Source: Deferrisomatales bacterium (GTDB lineage: Bacteria > Desulfobacterota > Deferrisomatia > Deferrisomatales > JACRMM01). From it: a DNA stretch of 18,646 bases. This document shows positions 9,126-15,619 of this stretch, one piece after another. The notes under the pieces were generated by a model that worked only from the letters and a program-made list of their open reading frames with translations, was not told the origin of the DNA and ran no database searches. Position 1 is the first letter of the stretch; the number at the start of each line of letters is the position of its first letter. The position numbers were made by a program, and so were the translations under genes. The DNA lies in the NCBI GenBank assembly GCA_033551855.1, contig JAWSUI010000065.1, positions 1 through 18,646 of the forward strand, in the 5' to 3' direction.

Positions 9126-11039
9126 ATGACCGAGCCCTATCCCCTGCTGAGCCGGGTCGAGGACCCTGCCGACCTGCCGGGCCTGGAGCGCGAGGAGCTG
9201 GAGCAGCTCGCCCAGGAAGTCCGCAGCTTCATCCTGGAGAAGCTCTCCCCCGTGGGGGGCCACCTGGCCTCCAGCCTGGGGGTGGTGGAGCTCACCATCG
9301 CCCTGCACGCGGTCTTCCGCTCGCCGGAGGATCGGATCATCTGGGACGTGGGTCACCAGTCCTACGCCCACAAGATCCTCACGGGCCGCCGCGACGCCTT
9401 CGGGTCCATCCGCCAGCGAGGGGGACTGTCGGGTTTCCCCAAGCGTACCGAGAGCCCCCACGACGCCTTCGGCACGGGGCACTCCTCCACGTCCATTTCC
9501 GCCGGACTGGGGATGGCCGTGGCCCGGGACCTGGGAGGGGGCACCCGAAAGGTGGTGAGCGTCATCGGCGACGGTGCCCTCACCGCGGGCCTGGCCTTCG
9601 AGGGGCTGAACCACGCCGGCCACCTGGATCGGGACCTGGTCGTCGTGCTCAATGACAACGAGATGAGCATCTCCCCCAACGTGGGCGCCCTCTCGTCGTA
9701 CCTCTCCCGGATTCTCACCGGCGACCTGTACTCCCGCTTCCGCAAGGACGTGACGGACCTCCTTCGCTCCATCCCCAGCTTCGGGGGGCCCATGGCCCGG
9801 CTCCTCAAACGGGTGGAGGAGCACGTGAAGGGATTCCTCTCGCCCGGCATGATCTTCGAGGAGTTGGGCTTCACCTACGTGGGCCCTCTGGACGGGCACA
9901 ACCTGGGGCATCTCGTCACCACCTTCCAGAACGTGCGCAAGTTCTGCAAGCCGGTGCTGGTCCACGTGGTCACCCGGAAGGGCAAGGGCTTCCCGCCGGC
10001 GGAGAAGGAGCCGACCGCCTACCACGGCATCGGGCCCTTCGACCCCTGTGTCGGCCAGTGCGTCGGCCCGGGGGGAGCGCCCGTCCCGAGCTACACCGAG
10101 GTCTTTCGCGACGCCCTGGTTCACCTTGCGGAGAAGGATCCCCGCATCGTGGCCATCACCGCGGCCATGCCCGAGGGCACGGGGCTGGACCTGTTCCGGG
10201 AGCGGTTCCCGGACCGGTTCTTCGACGTGGGCATCGCCGAGCAGCACGCGGTCACATTCGCCGCGGGGCTCGCGACCGAGGGCTACGTGCCCGTCGTGGC
10301 GGTCTACTCCACGTTCTTCCAGAGGGCCTACGACCAAGTGGTCCACGACGTGGCCCTGCAGCGGCTCCCCGTGGTGTTCGCCCTGGATCGGGCGGGGCTC
10401 GTGGGGGCCGACGGCCCCACCCACCACGGGGCCTTCGACCTCTCCTACCTCCGCCACATCCCGGACCTGGCGGTCCTCGCCCCGGCCGACGAGGACGAGC
10501 TCCAGCACGCCCTCGCCACGGCGGTGTCCTTGGGGGCACCCGCGGCGGTGCGCTACCCCAGGGGCTGCGGCCCGGGGGCGCCCCTGGCCCCCGAGCCTCG
10601 CGCCCTGCCCCTGGGGAAGGGCCGGGTGCTCAGCCGGGCGGGGACACCCGGGGGGGTCCTGGTGGCGAGCGTCGGCACGGTCCTGGAGGCTGCCCGGGTC
10701 GGGGTGGAACAGGCTGGGGCCGAGGGCATTCAAGCCAGCCTCTTCGATGCCCGATATGTCAAACCGCTGGACCGGGAAGCGCTGGTGGAGCTGGCACGCG
10801 GCGCCGAGGGGCTGGTCACGGTGGAGGAGAACGCAGTCGCGGGCGGCTTCGGCTCGGCTGTGCTCGAGTGCCTGGCCGAGACCGGCGTCCTCCCTCCCCG
10901 GGTGCGACTCCTCGGCCTTCCGGACCGTTTCGTGGAGCACGGAAGCCAGGGGGAGCTCCGCCGGGACCTGGGCCTCGACGCCGCCGGGGTGGCGCGGGCG
11001 GTGCGGGAAGCGGCAGGCAGGACCCAGGGCGACAGATGA
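9126..11039 (+). CDS. dxs: 1-deoxy-D-xylulose-5-phosphate synthase (637 aa)
   Basis: GGHLASSLGVVELT, WDVGHQSY, GDGALTAGLAFEGLN, DVGIAEQHA, YSTFFQRAYDQ and DRAGLVGADGPTH. Confidence 0.97.
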   Translation: MTEPYPLLSRVEDPADLPGLEREELEQLAQEVRSFILEKLSPVGGHLASSLGVVELTIALHAVFRSPEDRIIWDVGHQSYAHKILTGRRDAFGSIRQRGGLSGFPKRTESPHDAFGTGHSSTSISAGLGMAVARDLGGGTRKVVSVIGDGALTAGLAFEGLNHAGHLDRDLVVVLNDNEMSISPNVGALSSYLSRILTGDLYSRFRKDVTDLLRSIPSFGGPMARLLKRVEEHVKGFLSPGMIFEELGFTYVGPLDGHNLGHLVTTFQNVRKFCKPVLVHVVTRKGKGFPPAEKEPTAYHGIGPFDPCVGQCVGPGGAPVPSYTEVFRDALVHLAEKDPRIVAITAAMPEGTGLDLFRERFPDRFFDVGIAEQHAVTFAAGLATEGYVPVVAVYSTFFQRAYDQVVHDVALQRLPVVFALDRAGLVGADGPTHHGAFDLSYLRHIPDLAVLAPADEDELQHALATAVSLGAPAAVRYPRGCGPGAPLAPEPRALPLGKGRVLSRAGTPGGVLVASVGTVLEAARVGVEQAGAEGIQASLFDARYVKPLDREALVELARGAEGLVTVEENAVAGGFGSAVLECLAETGVLPPRVRLLGLPDRFVEHGSQGELRRDLGLDAAGVARAVREAAGRTQGDR

Positions 11040-11836
11040 AGCCCGTACGCCTGGACCAACTCCTGGTGGAACGGGGGCTCGCCCCGAGCCGGGAGAAGGC
11101 CCGGGCCCTCGTCCTCGCGGGGGCGGTCATCGTGGGGGAGCACCGGGCCGAGAAGGCCGGCGAGCGCGTGGACCCCTCTGCCCCGCTCCGGCTCAAGGGG
11201 GAGGTCAACCCCTACGTGAGCCGGGGGGGCCTCAAGCTTCGGGCGGGACTCCAGGCCTTCGGGATCGACCCAGCGGGCAGGGTGTGCGTGGACGTGGGGG
11301 CGAGCACCGGCGGCTTCACCGACTGTCTGCTCCAGGCGGGCGCCCGCCGGGTCTACGCCGTGGATGTGGGGTACGGGCAGTTGGCCTGGAAGCTGCGGGA
11401 AGACCCTCGGGTGGTGAACCTGGAGCGCTGCAACATCCGGTACCTGGAGGCCGACCGCATCCCCGAGAGGGCCGGGCTCGTGGTCGCGGACGCCTCGTTC
11501 ATCTCCCTGCGGCTCGTGCTCCCGAAGATCCGCGAGCTCCTGGCGCCGGGAGGGGACGTGGTCGCCCTGGTCAAGCCCCAGTTCGAGGTGGGCAGGGGCC
11601 AGGTGGGAAGAGGCGGGGTGGTGCGGGACGCGGCCCTGCGCCGGCGCTCCGTCGATGACGTGCTGGCGGCGGCCCGGGAGCTCGGGTTCCGGGCGGCGGC
11701 GGCTGTGCAGTCGCCGGTGCCGGGAGCCAAGAAGGGCAACGTGGAGTACCTCGTGCACCTGAGAGTGTGTGAAGAAATCGTCGCGAGCACGCCGGAGTGC
11801 AAGGCGCCGGCGAGCGAACGACGACCCGTCGAGTAG
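11036..11836 (+). CDS. tlyA: TlyA family rRNA (cytidine-2'-O)-methyltransferase (266 aa)
   Basis: RLDQLLV S4 domain, YVSRGGLKL, DVGASTGGFTDCLLQ, VDVGYGQL, SFISL, LVKPQFE and GNVEY. ATGA overlap with dxs. The last ~24 residues derive from a probable insertion. Confidence 0.95.
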   Translation: MKPVRLDQLLVERGLAPSREKARALVLAGAVIVGEHRAEKAGERVDPSAPLRLKGEVNPYVSRGGLKLRAGLQAFGIDPAGRVCVDVGASTGGFTDCLLQAGARRVYAVDVGYGQLAWKLREDPRVVNLERCNIRYLEADRIPERAGLVVADASFISLRLVLPKIRELLAPGGDVVALVKPQFEVGRGQVGRGGVVRDAALRRRSVDDVLAAARELGFRAAAAVQSPVPGAKKGNVEYLVHLRVCEEIVASTPECKAPASERRPVE

Positions 11837-11901
11837 ACAGGCGAGGAGTGCACCGGCAACACCGCAACCCCCGGCCGCGCGGCAGATGGGTTCGCGCACC
11901 C
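11763..11901. mobile_element. Probable degenerate MITE-like palindromic insertion (~139 bp) in the tlyA 3' end
   Basis: Imperfect terminal inverted repeats GAGTGTGTGAA (11763-11773) and TTCGCGCACCC (11891-11901) match at 8/11. They are flanked by direct TGA copies (11760-11762, 11902-11904) within duplicated CCTGAG contexts. No transposase. Confidence 0.5.
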
Positions 11902-12011
11902 TGAGGCTCGGGGGGCTCGGATCCGGGGAGAGGGCCTCGGAAACTGCCGGGGCGTGAGGGGGCCGCAGAGCCCGCCCGGCGGGCACGGGGACGCCCCATA
12001 CGATGGGCTCC

Positions 12012-12074
12012 GATCGGGATCGGGATCGAACCCCCTGTCACGGTCGACGCCGCTACCGATTTCGATCCCGATGC
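12012..12074. repeat. Hexamer-based inverted repeat
   Basis: Perfect 12-bp IR ATCGGGATCGAA (12019-12030) / TTCGATCCCGAT (12061-12072). The left arm is GATCGG-GATCGG-GATCGA and the right arm is CGACGC-CGCTAC-CGATTT-CGATCC-CGATGC. Confidence 0.75.
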
Positions 12075-12151
12075 GGCCGCCCGGGAGCGGCCCCGGCGGT
12101 CCGGCCTTCCGGCAGACCGGTCAACAGGCTCTGAGAAAGGGGGCGCGCCCC

Positions 12152-13162
12152 ATGGCCATGTTCAACTACGCGGCCCGCGAGATGACGGCAAAGATCGTGT
12201 ACTACGGGCCGGGTCTCTCGGGCAAGACGAGCAGCATCCAGCACATCCACGGCAGGGTCAGCCCCAAGAGCAAGGGGAAGCTCGTCAGTCTCGCCACCGA
12301 GACCGACCGCACGCTGTTCTTCGATTTCTTTCCGGTGGAGTTCGGCCAGATCGGCGGCTTCAAGGTCAAATTCAATTTCTACACCGTGCCTGGTCAGGTC
12401 TTCTACAACACCACCCGCAAGTTGGTCCTCAAGGGCGCCGACGGGGTCGTCTTCGTGGCGGACTCCCAGCCGGGGATGATGGAGCAGAACCTCGAGAGCC
12501 TCGAAAACCTGCGGTCGAACCTGGAGGCGCACGGCATCGACTGGGAGACGGTGCCCTTCGTCCTCCAGTACAACAAGCGCGACCTGCCCGGGGCGCTTCC
12601 CGTCGAGGAGATGCGGGCCCGGCTCAACCCGAGACGGGTTCTCGAGTTCGAGACCTCCGCCACCACCGGTGTGGGCATCATGGAGGCCATGAAGGCCGTC
12701 TGCAAGCTGGTCCTCGAGGACGTCCAGCAAAAGCAACGCCATGGCGCCGCCCACACCCGGCCCGAGGCGGCGAGGGCGCCCGCCTCCCGTCCGGGCGGCG
12801 AAATCCCGATGCCTGCCGGAACCCCGGAGCGGAGGAGGGAAGGAGTGGCGGAGAAGGCCGCCGCCGTGCGGGTCCCGGGCACCGGGAGCGTGGCGTTCAC
12901 CCTCACCCTGCCGGTGCGCCTCAAGATCCCTGCCGGCCTGGAGGGCACGGACCTCCAGGTCCAATTGCGGGTCCGCAACCGGTCCGGCGGGGAGGTAGCC
13001 CTGGGAGACCTCTCTGCCGAGCTCTCCCGGAAGACCGGGGATGCCGGCCGGTCGGAGCCCCAGCCCGGCCCCCCGCGGGAGCCCGCCCCGGAGCCTCGGC
13101 CCCAGCCCGCCCCGGAGCCCAAGCCCCAGAAGGGGTTCCTCTCGCGTCTCTTCGGCAGGTGA
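12152..13162 (+). CDS. MglA-family small Ras-like GTPase with ~140-aa C-terminal extension (336 aa)
   Basis: KIVYYGPGLSGKT (G1), LATETDRTLFFDF, YTVPGQVFY, LKGADGVVFVADSQ and QYNKRDLP (G4) closely follow Myxococcus MglA. A purine-rich AAAGGGGG lies upstream of ATG 12152. No mglB adjacent. Confidence 0.92.
   Translation: MAMFNYAAREMTAKIVYYGPGLSGKTSSIQHIHGRVSPKSKGKLVSLATETDRTLFFDFFPVEFGQIGGFKVKFNFYTVPGQVFYNTTRKLVLKGADGVVFVADSQPGMMEQNLESLENLRSNLEAHGIDWETVPFVLQYNKRDLPGALPVEEMRARLNPRRVLEFETSATTGVGIMEAMKAVCKLVLEDVQQKQRHGAAHTRPEAARAPASRPGGEIPMPAGTPERRREGVAEKAAAVRVPGTGSVAFTLTLPVRLKIPAGLEGTDLQVQLRVRNRSGGEVALGDLSAELSRKTGDAGRSEPQPGPPREPAPEPRPQPAPEPKPQKGFLSRLFGR
13079..13126 (+). repeat. 24-nt tandem duplication encoding EPAPEPRP/QPAPEPKP
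   Basis: GAGCCCGCCCCGGAGCCTCGGCCC followed by CAGCCCGCCCCGGAGCCCAAGCCC, in the Pro-rich linker of the GTPase. Confidence 0.75.
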
Positions 13163-13295
13163 GGGCGCGGCGGGCCGACGGCCCTTGGAACCGGCACCCA
13201 CGACGGGAGACCCCGGAGGCGCCGCGGGGGGGAGCACCGGGACTCCGGGGAACCTCGACGGCCACGCCGACGGCGGGGTCCCCCGGCGGGCCGGC

Positions 13296-14147
13296 ATGAC
13301 CGGCATCAACCCGGGGGATGCGGGGGCGGGAGGCGGCTCCTCGGGCCGCGCGGCGAGGGGGGTGCCGGACCCCGACCCGGGGCACCGGGTCGAGTTCGTC
13401 AGCGCCGGACCGGGCGACCCCGGGCTCCTCACCCTGGCCGGCGCCGAGGCACTTCAGCGGTGTTCGGCGGTCCTGGCCCCCGGCACCTTTCAGGAGAGCT
13501 TCGCCCCGCTCCTGATCGGCAAGGAGGTGGGAAGCCCCTTCCAGATGCCCCACGCCGAGGTGGTGGCCTGGGTCGAGGAGCGGCTGACCCGGGGCTCCGT
13601 GGCGTTCCTGATCCCCGGGGATTTCAGCTCCTTCTGCCCCTTCCAGTCCTACGTCGCCCACTTCGGCCCCCGGGGCCGAGTGCTCCCCGGGGTAGGAGCC
13701 CATGCCGCCGCCGCCGCCCTCCTGAAACGGGGTTTCGACATTGCCGGCGTGGCCCACGCCACGGTGCTCACCAGTCCCCGCGCCTCCACGGCCTCGGGGG
13801 CAAGGGTTCGCCTGCGCGACTACGCCCGCCCGGGGCATACCCTGATCCTCTACATGAACGATCTGCCCCTGCCGGAGCTCACCACCGAGCTCCGGGCCGG
13901 GTTCGGCACCGACGTGCCGATTGCCCTCCTGGAGCGGCTGTCCCTGCCCGACGAGCGGGTGACCGTGGGCACCCTGGCCTCCCTCCCTTCCCTGGTGGGA
14001 GAGCGGGACCCCTTCGCCCTAGCCCCGAAGCACCGGGAGCCCGCCCTGGCACTGGTGATCGCGGGGGACGCCCTGGCGGCCACCGAGGACCCCTCCTGTT
14101 GGGACCGACGGCACGAGCGGCTCTGGAAACCCCGGGGGGTCCGGTGA
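13296..14147 (+). CDS. Tetrapyrrole (corrin/porphyrin) methylase family SAM-dependent methyltransferase, CbiF/CobM-like but divergent
   Basis: VEFVSAGPGDPGLLTLAG, IPGDFS (normally GDP), VLPGVGA, TLILYM and ERLSLPDERVTVGTL follow the TP_methylase layout. Start uncertain (ATG 13296 or GTG 13362). Confidence 0.75.
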   Translation: MTGINPGDAGAGGGSSGRAARGVPDPDPGHRVEFVSAGPGDPGLLTLAGAEALQRCSAVLAPGTFQESFAPLLIGKEVGSPFQMPHAEVVAWVEERLTRGSVAFLIPGDFSSFCPFQSYVAHFGPRGRVLPGVGAHAAAAALLKRGFDIAGVAHATVLTSPRASTASGARVRLRDYARPGHTLILYMNDLPLPELTTELRAGFGTDVPIALLERLSLPDERVTVGTLASLPSLVGERDPFALAPKHREPALALVIAGDALAATEDPSCWDRRHERLWKPRGVR

Positions 14148-14166
14148 GGGCTCGGCATCCCTGAGC

Positions 14167-14230
14167 GCATCGGGATCGCTCCCGGCACGTCTCTCGAACC
14201 CCGACCTCGACCCCAATCCCGCATTCCGCT
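14167..14230. repeat. Degenerate hexamer repeat tract between convergent genes, related to 12012-12074
   Basis: GCATCGGGATCG (14167-14178) is the exact reverse complement of 12063-12074. It is followed by CGAACC, CGACCT, CGACCC and CAATCC units. Confidence 0.45.
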
Positions 14231-14235
14231 GCGCG

Positions 14236-15459
14236 CTACGGCCGGGGAGGCCCAAGGCGCAGGAACAGGGGCCCCAGGGCGACCCCGGCGCACATGGTCA
14301 GGAACGCCGCACCCCAGGAGGCCGTGGTGGTCCCCCCCCCGGTGGCGTCCAGGACGACCCCGACCACCAGGGGGCCGACGGACGCGGTGGCGAACCCGGC
14401 CAGGGACTGCAGGGCCATGGTGGTGCCCCGCCGGTCCGGCGCCGCGGCGGCCACCGTGCCCATGTGCAGCGCCGAGGAATCGCCCTGCACGAGCAGGTTG
14501 TACCCTACGACCAGGAGCGCCACCGCCGGGTAGGGGAGGCCGGCGGCGAACCCGAGGCCGGCGCCGAACGCGGCCGAGCCCCACATGATGGCGGTGAGCA
14601 CCCGGCGGCGGCCGAACCGCAGGGCGAGCTCCCCGCCGCACACGTTGGCCCCGGTGGCCAGAACCCCGCCGATGGCAGCCACCGTGGCCGGTGCCCAGAC
14701 GGGCTCCGTGGGGTGCAGGGTCGCGGCGAAGGCCAGGAACGCCACGGCCCACGAGCGAAACGCGAAGAGCTCCCAGGTGTGGCTCGCGTAGGCCAGGATG
14801 TGCGCCACCGCCTCCCGGTTGCGCAGGACCGGGCGGAAGTCCAGGAGGGGCGCCGACGGCCCCGAGCTTGGGGGCTGGGGCCGCAGCACGAAGGCGGCAA
14901 GGGCGAGGGCCGCGACGCACCCCAGGCCGGCCGCACCGAAGGCCCAGCGCCACCCGGCCCACGCCCCGATCTCTCCGGCGGCGTAGAAGGACAGGCCCGT
15001 CCCCAGCCCGAAGGCCGCGGTGTAGTAGGCCACGGCCCGGCCCTGGGTCGCGGGCTCCAGGCGGTCCACCAAGGCCTTGAGCCCCGGGATGAAGGTGCCC
15101 GCCAAGCCCAGCCCGCCCAGGGCCCGGAAGAGGAGGGCGGACCAGAACCCCTCCGCCCAGAAGGCGAACCCCGCCGAGGCCAGGGCCCCCGCGGCCGCGC
15201 CCCACAGGTACACCCGCCGGGCGTCCACCCGGTCCGTCAGGCTCGCCAGCACCGGCACCGCCGCGGTGTACCCTGCGAAGTAGACCCCGTTGAGCCAGCC
15301 GGCCTGGGTGTTCGTCAGCCCCCACTCCGCCAGGAAGACCGGGAGAAGGGCGGGGAACGCGAACACCCCCATCATGCTGAGGATCTCCCCCACGCACAGG
15401 GCCCCGACGAGGGCAGCCGATGAGGGGCGGCCTCTGTCCCGAGGGGCTTCACCGGCCAC
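14236..15459 (-). CDS. Major facilitator superfamily transporter (407 aa)
   Basis: About 12 hydrophobic segments, motif A-like SLTDRVDARRV and GELALRFGRRRV, and FRALGGLG. GAAGGGGG lies upstream of the GTG start. Confidence 0.92.
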   Translation of the reverse strand: MAGEAPRDRGRPSSAALVGALCVGEILSMMGVFAFPALLPVFLAEWGLTNTQAGWLNGVYFAGYTAAVPVLASLTDRVDARRVYLWGAAAGALASAGFAFWAEGFWSALLFRALGGLGLAGTFIPGLKALVDRLEPATQGRAVAYYTAAFGLGTGLSFYAAGEIGAWAGWRWAFGAAGLGCVAALALAAFVLRPQPPSSGPSAPLLDFRPVLRNREAVAHILAYASHTWELFAFRSWAVAFLAFAATLHPTEPVWAPATVAAIGGVLATGANVCGGELALRFGRRRVLTAIMWGSAAFGAGLGFAAGLPYPAVALLVVGYNLLVQGDSSALHMGTVAAAAPDRRGTTMALQSLAGFATASVGPLVVGVVLDATGGGTTTASWGAAFLTMCAGVALGPLFLRLGPPRP

Positions 15460-15535
15460 GGCAGGCCCCCTTCACCGCCTCACACCCCACCGGGAGGCGA
15501 AACCCTTCCAAAGGGGTGGAACGGGAGGTCCCGGC

Positions 15536-15552
15536 AGGGTAGCATCTACCCT
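15536..15552. promoter_or_regulatory. Operator-like palindrome in the divergent MFS/fprA intergenic region
   Basis: AGGGTAG-CAT-CTACCCT is a perfect 7-3-7 inverted repeat overlapping a -10-like TAGCAT (15540-15545). Confidence 0.4.
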
Positions 15553-15619
15553 TGGCGGCGCATGGGATGCCGCAGGGGCCTTTGGCCGCGGCGGCGGGCA
15601 GAGCGACGGGAGGAGACGG

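Noticed and set aside
370..10940. Very long antisense or alternate-frame ORFs (e.g. 370..2577, 3945..6980, 8544..10940)
   Set aside because: Shadow ORFs of well-supported genes, expected from stop-codon scarcity in high-GC DNA. No recognisable motifs.
11036..11836. TlyA as a hemolysin/virulence factor
   Set aside because: The S4 + FtsJ-type methyltransferase motifs and the housekeeping dxs context support an rRNA methyltransferase. Nothing in the sequence supports toxin function.
11954..12151. 66-aa N-terminal extension of the GTPase from GTG 11954, which overlaps the putative ancestral tlyA stop
   Set aside because: The extension is low-complexity and runs through the hexamer repeat. MglA similarity begins at ATG 12152, which has its own SD-like sequence.
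13163..13295. Possible cobalamin riboswitch upstream of the tetrapyrrole methylase
   Set aside because: Only a GC stem (CCCCGGAG/CTCCGGGG) is visible. The conserved cobalamin-riboswitch elements (GCCACTG, B12 box) are absent.
682..14147. Selenocysteine read-through at the many TGA stops
   Set aside because: Each protein is complete at its TGA, many TGAs are start/stop overlaps, and none sits at a catalytic Cys position.
15290..15619. 110-aa N-terminal extension of the flavodiiron ORF
   Set aside because: It overlaps the MFS gene and the divergent intergenic region. Family similarity and the SD point to ATG 15620.
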